This document shows positions 19,651 to 29,029 of a stretch of DNA of 64,000 nt, in pieces (the stretch's first letter is position 1; every line of letters begins with the position of its first letter). A program made the position numbers and the translations under genes. The stretch is from an uncultured virus (IMG/VR IMGVR_UViG_3300049216_000090) (taxonomy: Duplodnaviria; Heunggongvirae; Uroviricota; Caudoviricetes): IMG/VR virus record IMGVR_UViG_3300049216_000090; one strand, given 5' to 3'. The notes beneath the pieces were generated by a model. It made no database searches. It was not told where the DNA came from and saw only the letters and a program-made list of their open reading frames with translations.

Positions 19651-20265
19651 ATGGCCGGTATCACGGCGAGTATGAAATACAAAGTGAGTGATCCCAAGAA
19701 GGTCCACTTCGTAATTCAAACCGACAGGCTCGGCTCCAGCTTGTTTCCCGTCAAGCTGGAGTACGAACACTACCGCCCCCGCAGCGGGCGTAACAAGCTG
19801 CTCGACTTCGACGTGATGAAATGGCCCTACGTCGGCGATCAACCCATGCTGATGTGGTTCGTCGTCAGCATCCCGAAAGAAGAGTACGATCTGGCCGCAC
19901 AAGTCGCCAAAGAGTGCGGCTTGGAAATCGTCACCGACACGACGGTGGTGTTCCACGAAGGCAAAGCCGAAGAGTTCCCGCTGAAGGGCGATAACGTCTA
20001 CACGCTGAAGAACAGCAGCACCAGCATTCAGTACAACAACGACGGCGACACCATCGAGAAGCAGAAAGCCGCCGAGAAGAGGATGTGTGAGGAAATCATC
20101 AACGCCGATGAAATCCGCATGAGGCACGACTACCGACAGGGCGGCTACACCGACGAGCAAATCGACAGGATGTTGGCTCACTGGAAGAGTGGCGACGGCG
20201 ACTACCACGAACTGCCCGCTCAGATGACGGACGGCTCGCACCGCATCGTAAAAGGCAACCAATGA
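19651..20265 (+). CDS. hypothetical protein
   Basis: GAGGG RBS. Confidence 0.7.
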   Translation: MAGITASMKYKVSDPKKVHFVIQTDRLGSSLFPVKLEYEHYRPRSGRNKLLDFDVMKWPYVGDQPMLMWFVVSIPKEEYDLAAQVAKECGLEIVTDTTVVFHEGKAEEFPLKGDNVYTLKNSSTSIQYNNDGDTIEKQKAAEKRMCEEIINADEIRMRHDYRQGGYTDEQIDRMLAHWKSGDGDYHELPAQMTDGSHRIVKGNQ

Positions 20266-20561
20266 ACGACGACTTCGACACCCCCGACCCGGAACCCGAA
20301 CAGATGGTTCCGCCGCCTCGAAGTTGGATTCATCCTACCGACGCCGCACGATACCATCATGCGGCTCGGATGCTTGACGACGACCACGAAGGGGCTTACT
20401 TCACCACCCGGCAGAAGTACGGCCCCGACGTGGCGGCGGCGGTCCTCATCGCCATCCTGCGGGCGAAGATGAACAAGAGTCCCAACCAGTGGCCCCCGCC
20501 CCAAGACCTGGAGGAGAAAGTCAACGACTATCTCCGGGACAAAGGGCTGATGGAGCATTAA
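20262..20561 (+). CDS. hypothetical protein
   Basis: ATGA coupling. Confidence 0.7.
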   Translation: MNDDFDTPDPEPEQMVPPPRSWIHPTDAARYHHAARMLDDDHEGAYFTTRQKYGPDVAAAVLIAILRAKMNKSPNQWPPPQDLEEKVNDYLRDKGLMEH

Positions 20562-20562
20562 G

Positions 20563-20904
20563 ATGAGCGAACGCAAAGAGATGACCGAGGCCGATGTCGT
20601 CGCCCTGATGAAGACCAGCCGGGACGCCAAAGAGTGGGACGCCAACATCGAAATCGTCAAAGAAGCCTTCTGGGGCGGCTACCCGTCGTTCTGGTGGACC
20701 GCAATGATGATGTCGGGTGTGGCCCACAACATCCAACAGTCGTGGATGTCGGAAGCGGCGAGCGGCCTGCTGCCCAAGACATCCCCCGGCGAAGCCACGG
20801 TCATCCACCTGAAGCCGCCCACGCCCGACGAGATCGCCGAAATCACGGCCCGCAAGCCCCTGAGCAACTTGATCGACAGGCTCGACGATAAGGGAAAGAA
20901 ATGA
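20563..20904 (+). CDS. hypothetical protein
   Basis: GGAG RBS. Confidence 0.7.
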   Translation: MSERKEMTEADVVALMKTSRDAKEWDANIEIVKEAFWGGYPSFWWTAMMMSGVAHNIQQSWMSEAASGLLPKTSPGEATVIHLKPPTPDEIAEITARKPLSNLIDRLDDKGKK

Positions 20905-21344
20905 GCATATTCGGCAACGACACCGAGAAGACGGACTACGAGAAGATCGGCGTCCAGGTCGTCAAACCCTACCACCATCAAGGCAAGTGGGTGTTCGACA
21001 AGGACGGTCAGCGCTGGCCTATGGCTCCCGCTGGCATCACCGACGCTACTCTGTCCCCCATCGTGGTCGGGGCCGACCGGCTCATCAATCTGGCCTGCCA
21101 GATGAAGAAGATCGAGAACCCCGAAGCTGGATTTACTCTCTTGTTTTCAGAGGAGTATTTCCCCGGCTGTGACGTAAAATTCACATACCGGGAACCGAAA
21201 TACGACGGCTCGGTCTACAACGTGGAAGGCGTCAACCTGAAAGGCATCGTCCCGGATCAACAAGCCTGGGTGTGCCCGTACTTGACGTTCTACTACCAAA
21301 AGCCGCCGCAAGTCCTCTATCTCAAGGTAGAAGCGAATCAATAA
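20901..21344 (+). CDS. DUF6717-like protein
   Basis: PY..QGKWVFD, GFTLLFS...FPG, W.CP.L..YY..PP..LY; paralog at 26284. Confidence 0.6.
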   Translation: MSIFGNDTEKTDYEKIGVQVVKPYHHQGKWVFDKDGQRWPMAPAGITDATLSPIVVGADRLINLACQMKKIENPEAGFTLLFSEEYFPGCDVKFTYREPKYDGSVYNVEGVNLKGIVPDQQAWVCPYLTFYYQKPPQVLYLKVEANQ

Positions 21345-21353
21345 GGGGGCGAG

Positions 21354-21803
21354 ATGAGAGCAGTAGTACATTACGACATGGTGTTGGAACCCAAGTTCTT
21401 TGACAATTTGGATCAAGCCATCACCTTCGTCGAAAAGAGGATGAAGGCCGAAGAAGACGAGGGTGACGAAAAACTCGTCCTCCAGTGGCGGCGGGACGAG
21501 TTGTACCCCAACAGTTATTCCAACTACACCAGGGAACAACTGCTGGAAGAGTACACCAAGACGGGGGAAATCATCCTCCAACTCACGAGCGCCGAGGGAC
21601 TGGCCTACGACCGAGTGGCCGGGGAAATCGCCAACATCATGACGGAAGAAAAGCACAACAAAGAGAACCAAGAAGCCCAGGTCGCCCTCGACAAGATCGG
21701 TCAAGAACTGGCCGACGGTTACAACACGACGATCAGCATCGGCATGGAAGGCAAAACCTTCAAACCCGCCAAGAAGCGGTCCAAAAAGAGCAAGAAAACA
21801 TGA
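21354..21803 (+). CDS. hypothetical protein
   Basis: ORF in operon. Confidence 0.7.
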   Translation: MRAVVHYDMVLEPKFFDNLDQAITFVEKRMKAEEDEGDEKLVLQWRRDELYPNSYSNYTREQLLEEYTKTGEIILQLTSAEGLAYDRVAGEIANIMTEEKHNKENQEAQVALDKIGQELADGYNTTISIGMEGKTFKPAKKRSKKSKKT

Positions 21804-22171
21804 ACGAAGAAAACGAGCGGATGCGCATAGCCAACGAAGCCCTCGAACAAGCACAGGTGCTTGCCGGTCAGAAGGAGATGAGTGACGAGAAGTTTCTCGA
21901 AACCATGTCACGCTCCGACCGGCTCGCCGACCACCCGGACGCCTGGACCGAGGCCGGAACCTGCGGCTGCTGCGGCATGAACATCTGCATGGCGGAAACC
22001 GCCCGACAGATGATCGCAGCGGGCGACACCGGCCCCGGAGCCATCAGCCGGTGGGCCGACCTGAACCGCAAGAATTGGGAAGCTGGCAAATACTTCCAGC
22101 TTTACCAGTCCGAACAACAAGCGGGCCGTGACCCTCACCAAGCCTTCACCGACCGTGGATGGGAGATGTAA
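21800..22171 (+). CDS. hypothetical protein
   Basis: ATGA coupling. Confidence 0.65.
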   Translation: MNEENERMRIANEALEQAQVLAGQKEMSDEKFLETMSRSDRLADHPDAWTEAGTCGCCGMNICMAETARQMIAAGDTGPGAISRWADLNRKNWEAGKYFQLYQSEQQAGRDPHQAFTDRGWEM

Positions 22172-22464
22172 TGACCGACGCCGAAATGTACACGAAGATC
22201 GAGAAGAAGGTCCGGGAGTGGGTCGAAGAGATCGGGGAGAAGGCCGACAAGCCCATTTTCGGGCACGGCCATCAAGACCCGAACGATCCCAGCGTCACCT
22301 GTAAGATGTACACCGCCCGTGACATCCTGCGTGAGATCGAACAGCACACCAAGTTCGGTGAAAATTACGTTCACAGCCTGTTCGATATGGCTCTGGACCA
22401 TATCATCAACGCCCCAACGAAGAAGGAAGACGGCAATGGCGAAAGTAACCATCACGATCAGTGA
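22171..22464 (+). CDS. hypothetical protein
   Basis: TAATG coupling. Confidence 0.65.
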   Translation: MTDAEMYTKIEKKVREWVEEIGEKADKPIFGHGHQDPNDPSVTCKMYTARDILREIEQHTKFGENYVHSLFDMALDHIINAPTKKEDGNGESNHHDQ

Positions 22465-22666
22465 CGAAGGCGAAGAGGCCGACGGAAAGAACACCGTCAC
22501 CATCAAGCTGGAGTCCGACCCCGCCTTCCCCGGCCCCGCAGCGGAAGACCAGACCATCACGTCGGCCCAAAACCTGGGCTTGAACGCATGGCAGGCCATC
22601 GCTGAAATGGCTGCCGGTAAGAAAGGCAACGTCGAACTCGAAAGCGGCGACGACGATGAAAAGTGA
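22436..22666 (+). CDS. hypothetical protein
   Basis: AAGGA RBS. Confidence 0.65.
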   Translation: MAKVTITISDEGEEADGKNTVTIKLESDPAFPGPAAEDQTITSAQNLGLNAWQAIAEMAAGKKGNVELESGDDDEK

Positions 22667-23030
22667 TGACACCGTTGGCGACGTGTTCCGGGCACTCCGA
22701 CAGTTTCGCCAACAGAACGGGCAACAACGCCGCATCCAAGCGACCCTGGACTACGAACAGGCGAGCGGTGCGGCGGCTCAGTTCAATATGCAGTTGATCC
22801 GACACACGGATACGCATTACTCCCTGCGTCACAGCAAAGGGTGGATCATCAACCTGTATCCGGGCAACCAAAGGATATTCAGGGACCAGAACAACAAGAT
22901 ACACAGCCCGTATTTGAAACTTCCCAACAACTGGACCCTGCTCGATGTGGTCGAAGCCTGTGCCGTCATCGAAGAGAAAGAACGCCTGAAGACCGCCGAA
23001 GTCGTCCGGGAAGAACTGCAAGGGGAATGA
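22656..23030 (+). CDS. hypothetical protein
   Basis: Overlapping start. Confidence 0.65.
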   Translation: MKSDDTVGDVFRALRQFRQQNGQQRRIQATLDYEQASGAAAQFNMQLIRHTDTHYSLRHSKGWIINLYPGNQRIFRDQNNKIHSPYLKLPNNWTLLDVVEACAVIEEKERLKTAEVVREELQGE

Positions 23031-23031
23031 A

Positions 23032-23574
23032 ATGAACCTGACATTCTGCTCGCTCAGTGCCGACATGAGCGACGACGAACTCAAAGAGTGCATCCACAAG
23101 GTTCAGCCCCGGTGCGTCAGCACGGGACGTGGTTGCCTCATCACCGTGAACGGCTACGACCGTGACCCACGGGAACTGTGGCAGATTCCCGAAGTCAAAG
23201 CCTTCTTCAACCGCCTCATCGACTTCGGCTTTCTTTCCGTCATGGAACTCATGGCCCAACAAGCCATGCCCGGCACGCCCGGCTTCGGGGCCGTCGAAGT
23301 GTGGATGGTGGCGACCGACAAAATCACCAAGTATGCCAAGTACGAAGTCGGGAAGGAAGAACTCGACGCCGTGGTGAAGATCGTCAAGGAGTCCAACGTC
23401 AAGTGCGAAGCGATACTCGCCGCAACCTGCCCCAGCACCGGGATCAAAGTACACGAACAACAAATACGGAACAACACGCTCTGCGAGATCGGACGCAGCA
23501 TCCACACGAAAGCCGCTCAAACGACGGTATCCGACGGCCCAATGCGTCACGGCACATACTGGAGCAAGAAATGA
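23032..23574 (+). CDS. hypothetical protein (CRR6-like GYDxDPRELWQIPEV motif)
   Basis: GYDRDPRELWQIPEVKAF. Confidence 0.6.
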   Translation: MNLTFCSLSADMSDDELKECIHKVQPRCVSTGRGCLITVNGYDRDPRELWQIPEVKAFFNRLIDFGFLSVMELMAQQAMPGTPGFGAVEVWMVATDKITKYAKYEVGKEELDAVVKIVKESNVKCEAILAATCPSTGIKVHEQQIRNNTLCEIGRSIHTKAAQTTVSDGPMRHGTYWSKK

Positions 23575-23948
23575 AGTGGAAAGGCAAGACCCTCAAGACC
23601 ATCGACGACCTGATGCGTCTCGGTATCGACAAGTGCGATAACGAGGAAGAGGCGCAGCAGTTCATCATGGAATACGTCATGGACAACCCGCACGCCAGGG
23701 ACAACATCGGCTACCTCGCCGGGTACTACAGCCACGCCGACAAGCACCGCATCTTCAAGTGGTTCGACGTGGTTCATCCCATCTTCGGCACGAAGGACTT
23801 GCCCAACGACGAACTCATGCGCATCGGCATTGAGATGGGCAAACGTATGGCAAAGAAGAACAAGAACGATACAGAACCGCTCGATGTCGGCGACTTCATC
23901 AGGGCCAACATCACCATCGCCGGTACGAACATGAAGGACAAGAAATGA
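23571..23948 (+). CDS. hypothetical protein
   Basis: ATGA coupling, GGAG RBS. Confidence 0.7.
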   Translation: MKWKGKTLKTIDDLMRLGIDKCDNEEEAQQFIMEYVMDNPHARDNIGYLAGYYSHADKHRIFKWFDVVHPIFGTKDLPNDELMRIGIEMGKRMAKKNKNDTEPLDVGDFIRANITIAGTNMKDKK

Positions 23949-24253
23949 AGATGACGCCACTATTGTTCGTCAAGCTGTGGCTCAAGCTGTCGTTCTCCAG
24001 CGCCATGTGGTGTAGCTGGTTCTTCGTGCTGTTCTACGTCCTGATCCTGCTGTCCAACATCCAGGATGAAAACTTCACCATCGACAAGCTGGTGAAACAA
24101 GTGCTGGTGATGGTGGTTCTCGCCTTGTTCATGGGGCTGTTCGGCTCCATCTACGGGCTGAACCACTACTACAAATGCCAACGAGTCGAACGAGAAACGA
24201 AGGAGCGCATGAACCGATGCAGACAAGACCCGCCGACATCACCGGAAAGTTGA
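23945..24253 (+). CDS. membrane protein (two helices)
   Basis: Two hydrophobic segments. Confidence 0.65.
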   Translation: MKMTPLLFVKLWLKLSFSSAMWCSWFFVLFYVLILLSNIQDENFTIDKLVKQVLVMVVLALFMGLFGSIYGLNHYYKCQRVERETKERMNRCRQDPPTSPES

Positions 24254-24534
24254 GTCCGTTCCGCCCCTCCGGGCGTATTGGCATACCCGACCAGCCGGTG
24301 TACATCACGCTGCCGAACACCGATTCACTCTGGTGCGTCGTGTTCTCGGACGCCGACAGCCTCCGGGCGTCAATGAAATTCATCGGCATCGAACAGTACA
24401 AGATCAAAGAGATACAGGACGGCCAAGAGTTCAGTGAATCACTGCTCTCGACCGGGCAGGTACGCTTGATGCTCGACCCCAGAGTTGATACAGTGGAAGG
24501 CAAGACCAAATGGACAGAAATCGTCCTTGGGTAA
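24217..24534 (+). CDS. hypothetical protein
   Basis: ORF in operon. Confidence 0.6.
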   Translation: MQTRPADITGKLSPFRPSGRIGIPDQPVYITLPNTDSLWCVVFSDADSLRASMKFIGIEQYKIKEIQDGQEFSESLLSTGQVRLMLDPRVDTVEGKTKWTEIVLG

Positions 24535-24547
24535 CATAAGGGCAAAG

Positions 24548-24775
24548 ATGTCAACCAAACTATTCACTTACGAGGTCGCCATCACCGGCCTCGACGTGCC
24601 CCTGCGAACCACCAGGGCCGGGGCTAAGGCACTCATCAAGGCGTTCGACAAAGGTGATGATGCGTCGGAAATACTGGTGCGGGCCATGAACAACGGGATT
24701 TCATTCAAGAACAAGAACATCGCCATCAGCATGGCAGCGAAGCCCAAGAAAGCTACCAAGAAGAAGAAAACATGA
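24548..24775 (+). CDS. basic hypothetical protein
   Basis: AAGGG RBS. Confidence 0.6.
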   Translation: MSTKLFTYEVAITGLDVPLRTTRAGAKALIKAFDKGDDASEILVRAMNNGISFKNKNIAISMAAKPKKATKKKKT

Positions 24776-25032
24776 TCCGAGACGGCCAACACCAGCATAG
24801 CACCGAGCGACAAGGTGTTGAAGTGTCCAAAGAAGCACTCACGCTTCTCAGTAGACACCTGAACCGAGGGCACTGTCCAAAAACCAAGACGCCACTCGAT
24901 CCGACAAGCTACATCCCCATCCAGTTCATCACGAAGGACGGGGAATCGCAGGCGACAATCATCTGCGGGGCTTGTCAACAAGAGTTGGGCACAGCGGAAA
25001 TCAAAGTATGTTCAAGTCCACCGGGCGGCTAA
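24772..25032 (+). CDS. hypothetical protein (possible Zn ribbon)
   Basis: CPKT...CGAC. Confidence 0.55.
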   Translation: MIRDGQHQHSTERQGVEVSKEALTLLSRHLNRGHCPKTKTPLDPTSYIPIQFITKDGESQATIICGACQQELGTAEIKVCSSPPGG

Positions 25033-25436
25033 GATACAGTCCGAAACTCAACAACGGCAGCATGGAACGCCGTGACGGAGGCTCTACGAAGTGGTGGCTG
25101 GTCATCGACGTGTCCCCCGGCATCGGCAGGTACTACCGTGACCTGTTCGCTATGCACAGGCACAACGTCGAAATACTCCAGCGCCCGCTCTGGGAAGCAC
25201 ACATCTCAGTTGTTCGGGACGAAGAACCGAAGGCCGAATTCAAGGCTCTCTGGAACAAATACAACGGGCAAGCCATCGAATTCCTCTACGACGGGTTTGA
25301 CGCCAAAGGGAACTCGACCTATGTTTGGCTACCAGTGCAATGCACCAGGGCACTCGAAATCAGACAAGAACTCGGCCTCCCCAGGATGCCGTACTTCGAC
25401 CTGCACCTGACCATCGGAAACTTGAAGGAACAGTAA
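25008..25436 (+). CDS. 2H phosphoesterase family protein
   Basis: Two Hx[S/T] motifs: AHISVV and LHLTIG. Confidence 0.7.
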   Translation: MFKSTGRLRYSPKLNNGSMERRDGGSTKWWLVIDVSPGIGRYYRDLFAMHRHNVEILQRPLWEAHISVVRDEEPKAEFKALWNKYNGQAIEFLYDGFDAKGNSTYVWLPVQCTRALEIRQELGLPRMPYFDLHLTIGNLKEQ

Positions 25437-25841
25437 ATGCTATCCCGCAAATACTGCCCCAATCCTAAATGCAACCGACAGATTCAAAGATACGACAAGC
25501 TGTGCTGTAAGAAGTGTTGGCGTCTGCTGCCCCGGCAATGGCGATGCGCCATTCCGCACAAGTCCAACGTCATCAAAAACAACGGACTGCCAGGACTCAA
25601 ACACCGCCTGCAATGGGAAATGAGGGTGCAAAGACTCTTCATGCTGCTCGACCACCCCACGCATGAAGAGTTTCGATCCCACGCCCGACGCATGATCGAG
25701 GAAATGTACAAGGAACTCGAACAGAACGAAGACCAAGACGAAGCCGTCAACAACGCACAATACATCAAAGCATGTCACCTTGAAGCGTTCGTGATGGAAG
25801 CTGCGGAAGTCGTCAAGAACGAACTCACTCTCCGAGGATAG
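25437..25841 (+). CDS. hypothetical protein with N-terminal Cys cluster
   Basis: CPNPKC...CCKKCWRLLP. Confidence 0.65.
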   Translation: MLSRKYCPNPKCNRQIQRYDKLCCKKCWRLLPRQWRCAIPHKSNVIKNNGLPGLKHRLQWEMRVQRLFMLLDHPTHEEFRSHARRMIEEMYKELEQNEDQDEAVNNAQYIKACHLEAFVMEAAEVVKNELTLRG

Positions 25842-25845
25842 TCCC

Positions 25846-26244
25846 ATGAAGTCGCTCGTCGGCCACATCAAGCTGAAAGACCACCCCACCAACCCCGATC
25901 TCCAGATCGGAACCATCAACGGCCATCAAGTCGTCGTCGGTCGCCACTACGACGACAACATCCTGGGGTTCTTCATCCCCGAAGGGGCCATCATCCCCGA
26001 CAAGCTGGCCGACGAAATGTGGCTCAAAGGCCGACTCGCTGGCAAGGCCAAGAACCGGGTCAAAGCCCGTGAAATGCACGGCGTCAAGTCCGAAGGATTG
26101 TTCTACGGTTCCTACTACTGGATCAAGAAGGAAGGCGAACAACACCAAGTCGAAGTCACCAGCCCGTCCTGGAACCCCGACTGGAAGGAAGGCGACGACG
26201 TAAGCCAGGAAGTCGGCATCACTTACGTCGATCCCAACCAGTAA
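25846..26244 (+). CDS. OB-fold tRNA-binding-like domain (resembles N-terminus of DRB0094-type RNA ligases)
   Basis: HPTNPDLQIG, FFIPEGAIIP, RVKAREMHGVKSEGL, EGDDVSQEVGIT. Confidence 0.65.
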   Translation: MKSLVGHIKLKDHPTNPDLQIGTINGHQVVVGRHYDDNILGFFIPEGAIIPDKLADEMWLKGRLAGKAKNRVKAREMHGVKSEGLFYGSYYWIKKEGEQHQVEVTSPSWNPDWKEGDDVSQEVGITYVDPNQ

Positions 26245-26247
26245 GAC

Positions 26248-26276
26248 TTTACAACCTCGTCAAATGGTAGTAGGAT
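26248..26276 (+). promoter_or_regulatory. sigma70-type promoter (TTTACA family)
   Basis: TTTACA-N17-TAGGAT; ATG 26284 lies 7 nt downstream. Confidence 0.7.
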
Positions 26277-26283
26277 GTGGGCT

Positions 26284-26961
26284 ATGAAAACCATCGAAAC
26301 TGTCTACACCTGGAAATCCTTCACCGACAAACTCCCCAGCAGCGATTCCCCGCTGCTGGTGGCAACTTACCAACCCGACCTGGGTGACGAGTTCGCCGTT
26401 CACCGCACGCTCTACCGATTCCACCCGGCTACAAAGCAACTGGTGGATGAATTCGGCGGGCGGGAGTATCCGAACTTCATTCGTGAGAGCGGCAAGCCTA
26501 ACGAGAAGCTGTATTGGGCCTACGTCGTTGACTTTGAAGTGAAGAAGCAACTGCCGACCGGCAACAGCATCATGGTCATCAAGCCCTACATCTACGAAGG
26601 GCAGTGGGTGTTCGACGACCCCAACAAGGGACTCGACAAGGAGGCGTTGGTCGCTGGCGTGCCCCAGATCATCGCCGCCATGCTGCTCGCCAAAGGCATC
26701 GCCATGACGGACGCCGAACAGGGCTTCACGCTCACCTTCTCGGCTGGCCCGTTCCCCGGCTTCCAGCTTCACGCCAAGCACGAACCGGAGATGAGCGAGA
26801 CGGAAGACTTCGGCAACTGGTACACCGCCGACTACCTCCGCACCGTCGAAGGCAACATGCTGCCCCTGAACATGAAGGGTTGGCTGTGCCCGGCTCTGTT
26901 CAAGTATTTCGACAACCCGCCCGCCGACATCTACGCATCAGCGGCGAAAATCGGTAGTTGA
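26284..26961 (+). CDS. two-domain protein with C-terminal DUF6717-like domain
   Basis: KPYIYEGQWVFDD...GWLCPALFKYFD.PP..IY. Confidence 0.7.
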   Translation: MKTIETVYTWKSFTDKLPSSDSPLLVATYQPDLGDEFAVHRTLYRFHPATKQLVDEFGGREYPNFIRESGKPNEKLYWAYVVDFEVKKQLPTGNSIMVIKPYIYEGQWVFDDPNKGLDKEALVAGVPQIIAAMLLAKGIAMTDAEQGFTLTFSAGPFPGFQLHAKHEPEMSETEDFGNWYTADYLRTVEGNMLPLNMKGWLCPALFKYFDNPPADIYASAAKIGS

Positions 26962-27004
26962 TGGGTAAATATGATGAAGCGTAAACTCTACACATGGAGG
27001 GATC

Positions 27005-27176
27005 ATGTTTACAAACTTCATCAACTGGTTCAAGCGGGTGTTTCTGGGCTACAAGGTCGAAGAGCAACACATGAACCTGGGCAGCGGCCCTCGTGACAAG
27101 ACCAAGAAGACCCACAACGGCCCGCAGAACAAGCACTACGGCCACGGTCAAACCAACAACGACAAAGTTCGCTAAC
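27005..27176 (+). CDS. small hypothetical protein
   Basis: GGAGG RBS, MFTNFINWFKR...; followed by a hairpin; end coordinate approximate. Confidence 0.5.
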
Positions 27177-27181
27177 TCAAG

Positions 27182-27209
27182 ACAACCCGCAATAATATGC
27201 GGGTTGTTC
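27182..27209 (+). terminator. hairpin, probable terminator
   Basis: ACAACCCGCA...TGCGGGTTGT. Confidence 0.6.
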
Positions 27210-27222
27210 TCGTTTATACTGT

Positions 27223-27444
27223 ATGTTCGATAACCACAAGTATAGAGTCTGGGACAGCAAACGATTCCGCTTCCAAGACGGCACGTTCTACCGGGACCGC
27301 TTCCAAGACCGACCCGCCACCGTCGTCAAGATCGGCCCGTTGTTGGTACATTTTCAAGTCGATGGAGATAAAACTGTTTACTCCATGCCGCTCCAGAACT
27401 TAGACCAAAAGATGGGCGTCGTCACTCTGGTGCAAGACCAATAA
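27223..27444 (+). CDS. hypothetical protein
   Basis: ORF after TATACT. Confidence 0.6.
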   Translation: MFDNHKYRVWDSKRFRFQDGTFYRDRFQDRPATVVKIGPLLVHFQVDGDKTVYSMPLQNLDQKMGVVTLVQDQ

Positions 27445-27451
27445 GGACAAC

Positions 27452-28150
27452 ATGAATTTCAAATCTTGGTTCAATGAACTTTTCGACATCGAGAACGGGA
27501 AGCCAGCCGACGGCAAGTGGTCCGAAGAGCCGCACGAAGGAATGGGAGACGCCGCCTTCTTCTTCAACTTGCAATCCGACCCGTCGAAATGCAACGGCCC
27601 CTGTTATCACGTCGTAATTGGCAAGAACGGCAGCATATCCTTCGGACACGTCGATACCGGCACTGGCGACCGATTCACCCAGAACCAATCAACAGGTACG
27701 TCAGGGCAAGAAATGCTCAATGCCGTCCTATGGGCCGTTAAAGATTATGTCACGAAAGCCAACCCGCCAGCCCTCACCTGGAGCGCAGTCGGGAAAAGTC
27801 GCTTCGGGGCCAAGAACACGATGGCCCGTGAAAAAATATACAACAAACTCGCCGCCCGCTTTTTGACTCAGAACTACACCCAACAAGATAAGTATTGGGT
27901 CAGAAATGATATGGTCGGTAGGTGGCAACCGCCAGAACAACCCGCCCCCATCTCCACCCCTCAAAACGCCGACGAGTTCCAATTCCCGCAAGGCATGTGG
28001 GTCGGCAACGACGACGAAAGCATAGTCGGCCAAGTAGTCGGCCAAGATCAACGAGGCGTACACCTTCGGCTCAGGAACGGACAACAAACCATTGCACGGC
28101 CCGACACACTCAGTTTTATGTCGCCCCAGCAGGCACTCGCACCCCGGTAA
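27452..28150 (+). CDS. hypothetical protein with N-terminal FKxW motif (possible virion-internal protein)
   Basis: MNFKSWFNE start. Confidence 0.7.
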   Translation: MNFKSWFNELFDIENGKPADGKWSEEPHEGMGDAAFFFNLQSDPSKCNGPCYHVVIGKNGSISFGHVDTGTGDRFTQNQSTGTSGQEMLNAVLWAVKDYVTKANPPALTWSAVGKSRFGAKNTMAREKIYNKLAARFLTQNYTQQDKYWVRNDMVGRWQPPEQPAPISTPQNADEFQFPQGMWVGNDDESIVGQVVGQDQRGVHLRLRNGQQTIARPDTLSFMSPQQALAPR

Positions 28151-28157
28151 ATCCTGA

Positions 28158-28186
28158 TTTACAAAAAGGTGATTTCGTGGTATAAT
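28158..28186 (+). promoter_or_regulatory. sigma70-type promoter (TTTACA family)
   Basis: TTTACA-N17-TATAAT with extended TG; ATG 28193. Confidence 0.85.
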
Positions 28187-28192
28187 CCCCCA

Positions 28193-28402
28193 ATGAAGTA
28201 CGTCATCACCGTCGAGATCACCAAAGACGATAAGCCCATCACGCCCAAAGACCTGAAAGGGCAGATGGTCGCCAAATTCCCCAGGACAGCACCCAAGCTG
28301 TTCCGTAAATCAATCCAGATGCTCTGCTGGCCGTTCGGGGCCAACGTCAAAGTCGAATTCGTGGAAGACGAGCCGAAACCCAAAAAGAAAAAGAAAAAGT
28401 GA
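28193..28402 (+). CDS. basic hypothetical protein (probably leaderless)
   Basis: ATG 6 nt after the -10 box. Confidence 0.65.
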   Translation: MKYVITVEITKDDKPITPKDLKGQMVAKFPRTAPKLFRKSIQMLCWPFGANVKVEFVEDEPKPKKKKKK

Positions 28403-28596
28403 AAACCGTCTGCGACTACTGCGACAAGACGTTCCTCGACAAACTCGAACAGTGCCCCCACTGCTTCGCCCCGCAGATGGACCTGATCGAACACGCCCTG
28501 CTCATCGTCGAAGAACTCAAAGATAAACAGCGACGAGACAACCACAGCGTCTTTAACGAAGACTTCACCTTCCTCACGAAACCGACCGATGAGTGA
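28399..28596 (+). CDS. small zinc-ribbon protein
   Basis: CDYC...CPHC. Confidence 0.6.
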   Translation: MKTVCDYCDKTFLDKLEQCPHCFAPQMDLIEHALLIVEELKDKQRRDNHSVFNEDFTFLTKPTDE

Positions 28597-29029
28597 ACCA
28601 AGCAACCCCCCGGACCCAATGGCAGGCGTCAGGGAACAAGCGAACCAGATGGAAATGCCGGAAATCCCCAAGCGGTGGGACAAATGGACGGTGTTCTTCA
28701 TCTTCTTTCATTCGTTCTTCTGCGCATTCAGCCTCCTGTGGCCCACCAGCGACGGACAACCCAACTGGCTCGGCTTCGGTATCAACTTCCTGTTCGTCGC
28801 CCTCAACGTGTTCAAGTTCTACATGAAGTGGAAGGCGTCACTGTACATCGAACGACTCGTCAAACACGCCGAAGCACTCAAGCGGGCAATCAACACCCCG
28901 ATCTACGTCCACGACAAAGACAACCAGAACATCACCATCACCTTCATCCAGGTGATGTCGCCCGATCAGGCGGATGAACTCAAAAGGAAGATCAAACATG
29001 CCAGAAGTCAACGATCCCGACGGATATGA
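28589..29029 (+). CDS. membrane protein
   Basis: Two hydrophobic helices. Confidence 0.7.
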   Translation: MSEPSNPPDPMAGVREQANQMEMPEIPKRWDKWTVFFIFFHSFFCAFSLLWPTSDGQPNWLGFGINFLFVALNVFKFYMKWKASLYIERLVKHAEALKRAINTPIYVHDKDNQNITITFIQVMSPDQADELKRKIKHARSQRSRRI

